From: Candidatus Eiseniibacteriota bacterium
Lineage (GTDB): Bacteria; Eisenbacteria; RBG-16-71-46
DNA: 64,000 bases
NCBI GenBank assembly: GCA_963725865.1
Contig: CAVSAC010000014.1
Coordinates: 1,647,200-1,711,199 of the forward strand
Reading direction: 5' to 3'
Both the position numbers and the translations under genes were made by a program. Of the stretch, positions 56,566-64,000 are shown one piece after another. The notes under the pieces are model-generated. The model ran no database searches, was not told the origin of the DNA, and saw only the letters and a list, made by a program, of their open reading frames with translations. Numbering within the stretch: position 1 is the first letter of the stretch; each line of letters starts with the position of its first letter.

Positions 56566-57273
56566 TCAACGACGCTGCTTCGGTTCCAGCCCCATCACGG
56601 AGTTGAGCCAGCGTACGAGCGGCAGGATCGCGGCGAAATCCGCCTGCAGCGTCGCCGTCAGCCGGCTGCTCGTCGCCTGCGCATCGGTGAGCTGGCGCCC
56701 GACCGTGAACGACTGGAAGCGCAGCCATCGCGCCGCCGGATGATCCTCCGTGTAACCGCGCGGCACGCGCCTGAGCATCGCCTCCTCGCTCAGGCCGCGC
56801 AGGCGGCGCATCCCGGGTGCGCGAACGATGCGCTCGAACTCGCGCGGGTCAGCGGCGATCGCGGCGCGGATGCGATTCAGCGCCGGCCGCGGCGGCATCC
56901 AGCAGCCGCCACCGACGAACGAGGCGCCCGGCTGCAGGTGGAAGTAGAAGCCCGCGCCGCCGCCGTGGGCCTCGCGGCCCACCTTGGACGACGCGTCCCG
57001 GTGGAACAGCCAGCAGGCCGCGTGGGTCTTGTACGGTGACTTGTCCTTCGAGAAACGGACGTCGCGGTTGAGCCGGAACATCGAGCGCCGCGGCTCGCCC
57101 ACCATCTCGGGGGCGAAGCTCGCCATGCGAACGTCCATCTCCTCGATCAGCTGCGCCATCGGCGCCTTGACGTGCTGCTCGTACGCGGCGCGGTGGGCCT
57201 CGAACCAGGCCTTGTGATTGTTGCGCGCCAGCCCGCGGAAGAACCGCAGCGACTCGTCGGTGAAGTAGCGCAT
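56566..57273 (-). CDS. DUF2461 (TIGR02453) family protein
   Basis: NNHKAWFEAHR..Y, RLNRDVRFSKDKSPYK, GFYFHL. Confidence 0.9.
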   Translation of the reverse strand: MRYFTDESLRFFRGLARNNHKAWFEAHRAAYEQHVKAPMAQLIEEMDVRMASFAPEMVGEPRRSMFRLNRDVRFSKDKSPYKTHAACWLFHRDASSKVGREAHGGGAGFYFHLQPGASFVGGGCWMPPRPALNRIRAAIAADPREFERIVRAPGMRRLRGLSEEAMLRRVPRGYTEDHPAARWLRFQSFTVGRQLTDAQATSSRLTATLQADFAAILPLVRWLNSVMGLEPKQRR

Positions 57274-57485
57274 CGTCGAACCTCCGGTGAGCGGGGGCGG
57301 TGGCGGGAGCACACGCACGGCGGCGGCATGTTCGTGGGGCCGACGCCCGCGCGCAAGTCGGTCGCCGGCCACGCCCTGCAGGGCGACCCGGCGCCGCGCC
57401 GATCCCGATCCGCAAGGGCCTCAAGCGCACCCGCCACCCTGCCGACAACGAGAGCGGACTACCCACATCACGCCCGAGGATACGC

Positions 57486-60116
57486 ATGCTCGGCTCGCTT
57501 CGTCGCACCCCGTCGTCGCCCTGGCCCTGCCGGCTCTCGTCTGTCCTCGCCATCGTGGTGGCATGCGCCTGCGCCGCCGCGCCGACGCACGCGCAGACCA
57601 AGCGCATCTACATCGCCAACGACGACCACACCGACTACTTCTGGTCCGGCGACGATGCGCAGTACCGCGCGGCGTTCCTCTCGATGCTCGACTACTACAT
57701 GACCCAGTCCGAGCAGACCGCCGGCAACCCGGCGGACTCGCGCGGACGCTTCAACTGCGACGGCAGCCTGTGGGTGTGGGAGTGGGAGCACAACAAGAGC
57801 GCGGCCGAGCAGCAGCGCCTCGCCGATCACGTGCGCGCCGGCGACCTGTCCGTGCCGCTCAACACCGCGGTGCTGTGTTACGGCGGCATGCCGGCCGAGG
57901 CGGTACTGCGCAGCATGTACTACTCCGGCCGCCTCGAGCGCCGCTGGGGCGTGCGCCTGCCGCTGGTCGCCGCGATGGAGAACCAGACGCTGCCCGGCGG
58001 ACTCGCGTCACTGTGGGCCGGCGCGGGCGCGCAGTACTCGTGGCGTGGGGTGTGCGGATGCGCGACTCAGACCAACTGGGGCAACCGCCCGAGAGAGATC
58101 TACCACTACACCGGACCCGACGGAGCGTCGGTGTGCATGAAGTGGAACACCATGCGCAACGGCAACCAGAGCATCGGCGGCTATGCCGAGGCGCGCAACC
58201 CGAGCGGCGCGGTGACCTACCTGGACACCGACGCCACGTTCAAGGCCTCGTGGCCGTGGGCCGTGACCGGCGCGTTCGGCTACGGCTGGGACGACCTGCA
58301 GTCCACCACGGGCGCGTTCGTGAGCACCGCGCAGTCGATGGCGAATGCCAACCGCCGGGTGATCGTGTCGAACGAGAAGGACTTCTTCGAGGACTTTCTC
58401 GCCAACTACAGCAGCCAGATCCCCACCTTCTCGGGCTCGTTCGGCAACGAGTGGGAGCTGTACGCCGCGTCGATGGGCGAGGTGACCGCGTCGTTCAAGC
58501 GCCGCATCGAGCAGCTGCGCACCGCCGAGGCGCTGGCGACCGTCGCCTCGCTGCTCGATCCCGCGTTCATGAACGGGCGCCAGACCGCGCGCGACCAGGC
58601 GTTCATGTCGGCCGGGCTGTTCTACGAGCACGACTGGACCGCCGACGGACCGGTGGCCCGCAGCCGCCGCGCGCAGTTCCAGCGCGACCAACTCGCCAAC
58701 CTGACGAGCTACGTGACCGCGCTGCAGGCCGACGCGCAGGCCGCGCTGGCGCGCAACGTCGCGCAACCCGCCGGCGTCGAGCGCCACGTGGTGTTCAACC
58801 CGCTGTCGTGGGCGCGCACCGAGGCCGTCGACCTGCCGTCGAGCCAGGCCGCGCCGTTGCACGTGGTCGACGTGACCACCGGGCAGGACGTGCCGAGCCA
58901 GGTGGTGATCGTGGGCGGCACCAACGTCGTGCGCATCCTGGCCAGCAACGTGCCCTCGGTGGGCTACAAGGTGTACGAGGTCCGCGCAGGCGCCGGCACG
59001 AGCTTTCCCGCCGCCGCGACCGTGGTCGGCGCCACGCTCGACAACGGCACCTACGCCGTCACGCTCGGCACTCGCGGCAATCTGACCAGCGTGATCGACC
59101 ATCGCGACGGCAACCGCGAGCTGGTCGACGCCGCGGCCGGCGGCCTGCACGACCTGGGCAACGGCGGCGGCTCGGTGACGGCGGAGAACGCGGGTCCCGT
59201 GTCGGTGACGCTTCGCGTCGTGGCCGGCGGCACCCCGAGCCACGAGACACGCGTGACGCTGTACGCCGGCCTCGATCGCGTCGACATCGAAGGGCTGGTG
59301 ACGCAGAACTTCTCGAACAACGTGGCGTACGCCTCGCGCTTCAATCTGGCGGGCGCCACCATGCGCCACGAAGAGGTCGGCATGATCGCCAAGGTCGCGC
59401 GCGCCGCGCAGGGCGGCGACTACGCCGATCAGAACGCGCGCACCGACTGGCTGAGCTTCGGGCACTTCGTGGACCTGTCACAGAGCACCCGCGGCGTGAC
59501 GGTGTCGAACTGGGACAGCCCGTTCTTCCAGGCCGGCAACAGCACCGTGAACACGCTGGACGGCGGCACGCCCACGATCAAGGCCTGCGTCGGCATGCAG
59601 GTGGACGGCACCACCTACGGCATCGCCAACCAGGGCGGGGACACGCGATTCATGAATCGGTTCGCGCTGCGCGCCCACGGCGCGTATGACGGCGCGGCCG
59701 CGATGCGGTTCGCGCTCGAGCACCAGAACCCGCTGGTCGCCACCCGCGTGACCGGCACCGCGGGCAGCACGTTGCCGGCCACGACGTGGGCGCTGGTGAG
59801 CCTGCCGTCGAGCAACGTGATGCTGTGGTCGCTCAAGCCCGCCGAGGAAGGCATCGGCCAGGGCGTGATCGCGCGGGTGTGGAACCTGGCGGATGCGACC
59901 AGTTCGCTGAGCCTGACGCTGCCGCCCACCGGCATCGCGAGCGCCGAGCGGACCACCCACATCGAGACCAACCTGGGAGCGGCCACGCTCGCTGGTGGTG
60001 CGCTGACGGCCAGCCTGGCGCGCCAGCAGATGGCGACGTTCCGCCTGTTCCCACAGAGCGCGATCGTCGCGAACCCGGACAACATCCGACCGGCGCCGGT
60101 GGGGGATCTGCAGTAG
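57486..60116 (+). CDS. Secreted glycoside hydrolase family 38-like protein
   Basis: Signal peptide; NDDHTDY, YEHDW, VVFNPLSWAR, VPSVGYKVY, LKPAEEG..VIARVWN. Confidence 0.7.
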   Translation: MLGSLRRTPSSPWPCRLSSVLAIVVACACAAAPTHAQTKRIYIANDDHTDYFWSGDDAQYRAAFLSMLDYYMTQSEQTAGNPADSRGRFNCDGSLWVWEWEHNKSAAEQQRLADHVRAGDLSVPLNTAVLCYGGMPAEAVLRSMYYSGRLERRWGVRLPLVAAMENQTLPGGLASLWAGAGAQYSWRGVCGCATQTNWGNRPREIYHYTGPDGASVCMKWNTMRNGNQSIGGYAEARNPSGAVTYLDTDATFKASWPWAVTGAFGYGWDDLQSTTGAFVSTAQSMANANRRVIVSNEKDFFEDFLANYSSQIPTFSGSFGNEWELYAASMGEVTASFKRRIEQLRTAEALATVASLLDPAFMNGRQTARDQAFMSAGLFYEHDWTADGPVARSRRAQFQRDQLANLTSYVTALQADAQAALARNVAQPAGVERHVVFNPLSWARTEAVDLPSSQAAPLHVVDVTTGQDVPSQVVIVGGTNVVRILASNVPSVGYKVYEVRAGAGTSFPAAATVVGATLDNGTYAVTLGTRGNLTSVIDHRDGNRELVDAAAGGLHDLGNGGGSVTAENAGPVSVTLRVVAGGTPSHETRVTLYAGLDRVDIEGLVTQNFSNNVAYASRFNLAGATMRHEEVGMIAKVARAAQGGDYADQNARTDWLSFGHFVDLSQSTRGVTVSNWDSPFFQAGNSTVNTLDGGTPTIKACVGMQVDGTTYGIANQGGDTRFMNRFALRAHGAYDGAAAMRFALEHQNPLVATRVTGTAGSTLPATTWALVSLPSSNVMLWSLKPAEEGIGQGVIARVWNLADATSSLSLTLPPTGIASAERTTHIETNLGAATLAGGALTASLARQQMATFRLFPQSAIVANPDNIRPAPVGDLQ

Positions 60117-60261
60117 CAGGCGATCGGCAGCTCGTCGATACCAAGTGGCCGGCTAAGCCTTCGGATCGCCAGCCCTCTGCAACGGTAGAGGACTTGGCCG
60201 CCCAGCGTTCGGGCGCCGGAATCAGGCTCATCCCGGACAGGCTCCGCCATGCACTTCGAGC

Positions 60262-60290
60262 TTGACCGGGTCCTGACCGCTACGTACCGT
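60262..60290 (+). promoter_or_regulatory. Putative sigma70 promoter for peptide cassette 2
   Basis: TTGACC-N17-TACCGT. Confidence 0.45.
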
Positions 60291-60505
60291 GATCACGTTA
60301 ACCCACGGCCTTTTGGCCATGTCCCTGAGTCGAGACGGCGCTCGTCATGCTCGCTTCCCCTCGTCCGACCCAGCTGAATGCTCGTGACCCCGTGCCGGCG
60401 TCTCACCGATGCCAGCGCGGGGTCGTCGTGTCCTGTGACGGTGCTGCCGCGAGCGCAGCGTTCGACCGTCGTGCGCGGAGTCTCGACTCCGGGAGGAGCA
60501 GTGAG

Positions 60506-60820
60506 ATGAGAACCCCCCGTCGATGGATGGTGCTGTGGGCCGCCATCGCCCTGATGTTCATCGCGCTCCTGCCGACCGAAGGGGCGGCCGGCGGGAAGAT
60601 CAAGTTCATCACGCCACCTGGTGACGAGTACTTCGGGGATCCGGATATGCCGGGGGGCGGAAGTCCTGCGAAGAGTTTGGAGATAGCACCAGTGCTACTT
60701 CGCCTAAGGCTGGTTTTTCAGGCGCCATTTGGCCTCATCGTCGTGCCGATCAGCTTACCCGCCACCCAGACCGGCAAGCCTCCCTCGGGTTGTGTGCGTA
60801 CGCGAGTGCGAAATGACTGA
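60506..60820 (+). CDS. Small secreted protein with FGDPDMP motif (putative signalling-peptide precursor 2)
   Basis: 104 aa; GGAGGAG RBS; signal peptide MRTPRRWMVLWAAIALMFIALLPTEGAA; overlaps the start of the next TPR-bEBP gene. Confidence 0.7.
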   Translation: MRTPRRWMVLWAAIALMFIALLPTEGAAGGKIKFITPPGDEYFGDPDMPGGGSPAKSLEIAPVLLRLRLVFQAPFGLIVVPISLPATQTGKPPSGCVRTRVRND

Positions 60821-63308
60821 AGTACTTGAGCAGGTTCGCGCCCTCCGGGGGATCATCGCATCAGGCGTGGCCGAGGCCGAGGCTGTTGCAGTTGCCGAAG
60901 CCGTTGTGGCCTGTTGTACCTCGCTGCTCGAGTCCGGCGAGCCAGCTACTGCGCACGACTTGGCCTCGGAAGCAATGAACTCAATTCCAAGTGTGAGCGG
61001 ATCTTCCTTGCTTCGCATCGCGTCAGTAAAGACTCGAGCTCTTGTGGTTCTGGGCGATCTTGGGTCGGCTATTGACTTTGTTGATTCCTTCCTCGAATCG
61101 GGCAGCCTCGACGCGTCTCTCGCCCCGTCGATTGCGATCCTCGAACTTCACGTCTGGAGAGGTTCAGCGCTCTGGCAGTTGAACCGCACGAGGGATGCGG
61201 TGGATGTACTGGAGCGAGCTCGTCTCAGATTGCTCCAGTACCCTGACTCTTCCGCGCTTGGGTGGTGTGCATACCAATTGGCAGCCGGAGCTCTGATAGA
61301 TGGAAACAAGCCGCTCGCTAAGCGCTGTGCACTTGAAGCGCTGGTTTCCGCGCGTCGAAGCAACGAAAGCTACCTTGAGGCGATCTCCCTTCGACTTCTG
61401 AGTATTCTAGATGTCTCCGCGTGCCGTTGGGGTTCGGCGCGGGACTCGGCCGCCGAGGCGAGCAACATAGCGAAGGAGGAGGGTTACCGGTTCCTGGAAT
61501 GTCAGGCTCGAAGGGGGCTCGCTCTCATAGCGCTCAAGCGGGGCCGCGTGGCTGATGCTGGTGCAGATGCGGAGTCAATTGAATCCAAGGCGATCGAAGT
61601 TCGGGACGACCAGAGCCGGACTTACGCGCGACTACTGGCCGCCCTCTCGGCGCTACATGCAGGCGAGTTTCTTCGAGCGCACAGACTAGTCGAGGATTTT
61701 CAGGGCGCACGCGTAGAGGCCTCCACACTTCTCCGGCAGTCCCTCCTCACCACCGAGTTCCTCGGTGACATCCACCTAGAGCAGGGCCAGGCGGCCGAGG
61801 CCCTCGCGAGGTATGACGAGGTCTGGCCGAAGGCGCTGGCGCTCGTTCCGAAAGGCGACATCGTCGCCGAACTTCGTCGCCGTCGGGCGGAGTGCTATCT
61901 GCTGATGGATCGCTACGAGGACGCGCACCGCGAGGCGCTCACGGGGCTCGACCATTGCCGCGAGCTCGGTGACCGCTACGAGGAAGCCGCGACCTACCGC
62001 GTCTTGGCGCTCAGCACGGCGGCGATCGGCAAGCCTTCGGAAGCGAAGAAGTGGTTCGATCAGGGCTTCGCGTACTACGACGACATCGAGACTCCGTACG
62101 AGTGGGGCAAGCTCTGGATGGCCTACGGAGATTGGCTGCATGGCGTACACGCTGGCGAGTACCGCGATGACAAGGCGGCACTCGAGGCCTACGTCGCGGC
62201 CGCCGACCATTTCGAGCGCATGGGAGCCCAGGCCAAGCTCGCGGAGGCCAACACGCGCATCGCCGCGCTTCAGCCGCCGCCCGCGATGGATCTGCCGCCA
62301 GGGGCGCCCGCGAATGTGGTGTCCACGCGACCGCCCCGCCCCGCACGCAAGCCGCGCGCTCAGGTGGAACTGGAGCGGCGTGCGATCTGGGCCCAGGATG
62401 TATTCGGGCTCGTGACACGCAATCGCGGCCTGCTCGACCTGCTCGATGACGTGGCCAAGCTCTCGAAGAGCGATACGCCGATCCTGGTGTTGGGCGAATC
62501 GGGCACGGGCAAGGAGTTGGTCGCTGAGGGCGTGCATCGCCTCTCGGGCCGAGCGGGGCAGTTCGTGGCTCTCAACTGCGGCGCAATCCCGCGCGACATG
62601 ATCGAGAGCGAGTTGTTCGGCCACGTGGCGGGTGCGTTCACCGGCGCCACGCGCGACAAGCCCGGCTTGTTCGAGGCCTGCCACAACGGGACGGTATTCC
62701 TCGACGAGATAGGGGAGATGTCCGTCGACCTGCAGTCGCGCCTGCTGCGTTTCCTCGAGCGCAACGAGGCGCGGCGCGTGGGCTCGAACAAGAACTACTC
62801 GGTCGACACGCGGGTGGTCGCCGCCACCAACCGCGACCGCATCGCACTCGAGCGCGGCGAGGGCTTCCGCCCCGACCTCTACTACCGCCTCGCACACGCG
62901 GTGATCGTACTGCCGCCGCTGCGTCGGCGCGGCGACGACGTGCAGGTCCTCGTCGACTACTTCATCGCCGAGTTCGCGCGGCTCCAGAACAAGGAATACT
63001 CGATCGGCGACTCCGCGCGCGATCGGCTCGGCAAGCACTCGTGGCCGGGGAACGTCCGGCAGCTCCGCGCGGTGCTGCGCCGCGCCGTGCTGCTGAGCAC
63101 TCCCGGGCGTCCGATCGAGGCGGACGATCTTCAGCTCGACGCGGGCTCGGTGCCCACGACTCTGCTCGAAGAGATGGAAGCCGCGGAGAAGATGCGCATC
63201 AGCGAGGTGCTGGCTCAGGCCCGTGGCTCGCGCACCGAGGCCGCCAAGGCGCTCGGAATGCCCCGCACTACGCTGATCAACAAGATGCAGCGTCACGGCC
63301 TGATGTAG
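60813..63308 (+). CDS. TPR-repeat sigma54-dependent enhancer-binding protein, copy 2
   Basis: Helical/TPR N-terminus; GESGTGKE, ESELFGHVAGAFTGA, VFLDEIGE, WPGNVRQL, GSRTEAAKALGMPRTTL. Confidence 0.9.
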   Translation: MTEVLEQVRALRGIIASGVAEAEAVAVAEAVVACCTSLLESGEPATAHDLASEAMNSIPSVSGSSLLRIASVKTRALVVLGDLGSAIDFVDSFLESGSLDASLAPSIAILELHVWRGSALWQLNRTRDAVDVLERARLRLLQYPDSSALGWCAYQLAAGALIDGNKPLAKRCALEALVSARRSNESYLEAISLRLLSILDVSACRWGSARDSAAEASNIAKEEGYRFLECQARRGLALIALKRGRVADAGADAESIESKAIEVRDDQSRTYARLLAALSALHAGEFLRAHRLVEDFQGARVEASTLLRQSLLTTEFLGDIHLEQGQAAEALARYDEVWPKALALVPKGDIVAELRRRRAECYLLMDRYEDAHREALTGLDHCRELGDRYEEAATYRVLALSTAAIGKPSEAKKWFDQGFAYYDDIETPYEWGKLWMAYGDWLHGVHAGEYRDDKAALEAYVAAADHFERMGAQAKLAEANTRIAALQPPPAMDLPPGAPANVVSTRPPRPARKPRAQVELERRAIWAQDVFGLVTRNRGLLDLLDDVAKLSKSDTPILVLGESGTGKELVAEGVHRLSGRAGQFVALNCGAIPRDMIESELFGHVAGAFTGATRDKPGLFEACHNGTVFLDEIGEMSVDLQSRLLRFLERNEARRVGSNKNYSVDTRVVAATNRDRIALERGEGFRPDLYYRLAHAVIVLPPLRRRGDDVQVLVDYFIAEFARLQNKEYSIGDSARDRLGKHSWPGNVRQLRAVLRRAVLLSTPGRPIEADDLQLDAGSVPTTLLEEMEAAEKMRISEVLAQARGSRTEAAKALGMPRTTLINKMQRHGLM

Positions 63309-63467
63309 GCCCGTCGCCCGCTCGCTCCGCGAGCGGAGTGTCCTACTTGGGCGGCGGTCCGAAGCCCGCGACCAGGATCCGCTCGAGTGTGCACCGCCAG
63401 CCAGACTCGCCGCCGCGGCGATCATCCGTCGGCCTTGGAATGCGCCCGCGATTCACCCCGCCTTCCC

Positions 63468-63497
63468 TTGACACCCCGTCGCGAGCGCGCCTATCTT
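63468..63497 (+). promoter_or_regulatory. sigma70 promoter of the tRNA cluster
   Basis: TTGACA-N18-TATCTT. Confidence 0.6.
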
Positions 63498-63527
63498 GCC
63501 CTTCGCTCTTTTGCGACCGAGCGCTCT

Positions 63528-63600
63528 GCTGGCGTAGCTCAATTGGTAGAGCATCTCATTTGTAATGAGGTGGTTGGGGGTTCGAGTCCCTTCGCCAGCT
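63528..63600 (+). tRNA. tRNA-Thr(TGT), CCA not encoded
   Basis: Cloverleaf GCTGGCG...CGCCAGC; anticodon loop TT-TGT-AA; GTTCGA. Confidence 0.95.
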
Positions 63601-63649
63601 AAGTCGTACTCCCCAGCGTCATCGCCCCGGCGGGGCGCCCAGTCGGAGT

Positions 63650-63734
63650 GGTGGGGTTCCCGAGCGGTCAAAGGGAACAGACTGTAAATCTGTCGGCTCA
63701 GCCTTCGAAGGTTCGAATCCTTCCCCCACCACCA
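63650..63734 (+). tRNA. tRNA-Tyr(GTA)
   Basis: GGTGGGG...CCCCACC-A-CCA; ACAGA-CT-GTA-AA-TCTGT; long variable arm. Confidence 0.95.
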
Positions 63735-63758
63735 TCTTCTTAAGCATCAGCGACTTGA

Positions 63759-63833
63759 GCGGGAATAGCTCAGTGGTAGAGCGTCAGCCTTCCAAGCTGA
63801 GGGTCGCGGGTTCGAATCCCGTTTCCCGCTCCA
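63759..63833 (+). tRNA. tRNA-Gly(TCC)
   Basis: GCGGGAA...TTCCCGC-T-CCA; TCAGC-CT-TCC-AA-GCTGA. Confidence 0.95.
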
Positions 63834-64000
63834 TCTTCCCGAGCCGAGTCAGCGGCCCGGTCCATCGGAAATGCGGGGAGTTGCCCCCCAACCGTCAATC
63901 TGTTGCCAAGAAAGCCAGGACCCACGCGTCGTCGGTCATCCAAACCGCGTGCCGACACCTCATCCGGGGAGACCTCTCGACCCCGCGAGGCGGCCCCCTC

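Noticed and set aside
60117..63527. Cassette 2 as a tRNA-integrated island
   Set aside because: It lies upstream of the tRNA promoter, with no integrase and no duplicated tRNA 3' end visible.

Overview
High-GC bacterial chromosome segment. The secreted proteins with FlgD-Ig/T9SS-like C-terminal domains and the TPR-sigma54 activators suggest Candidatus Eisenbacteria or a related FCB lineage; this is an inference. The left third is accessory: a czcCBA-type efflux operon with many frameshifts, selB, a lower-GC DUF2075 helicase gene, a 3.6-kb cargo-carrying IS630 element that splits a DinB-family gene, and large secreted repeat proteins, one with a 1398-bp near-identical duplication. The middle is a housekeeping backbone: yicC-gmk-rpoZ-coaBC-udg-dnaB(intein)-mlaEFD-radA-ispDF-gltX-ddl-M42 peptidase-cysS. 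The window ends in a tRNA Thr-Tyr-Gly cluster. The most notable signal is two independent cassettes, each with a small signal-peptide protein carrying a shared PPG..[YF]GDPD[IM]P motif directly upstream of a TPR-repeat sigma54 enhancer-binding protein. The first cassette is followed by enhancer-like TGTYAC repeats, an IHF-like site, a well-spaced -24/-12 promoter and an approximately 415-nt highly structured non-coding region ending in a terminator. Together these suggest an undescribed peptide-signalling (RRNPP-like) to sigma54 to large ncRNA circuit. All calls were made by eye, without database searches.
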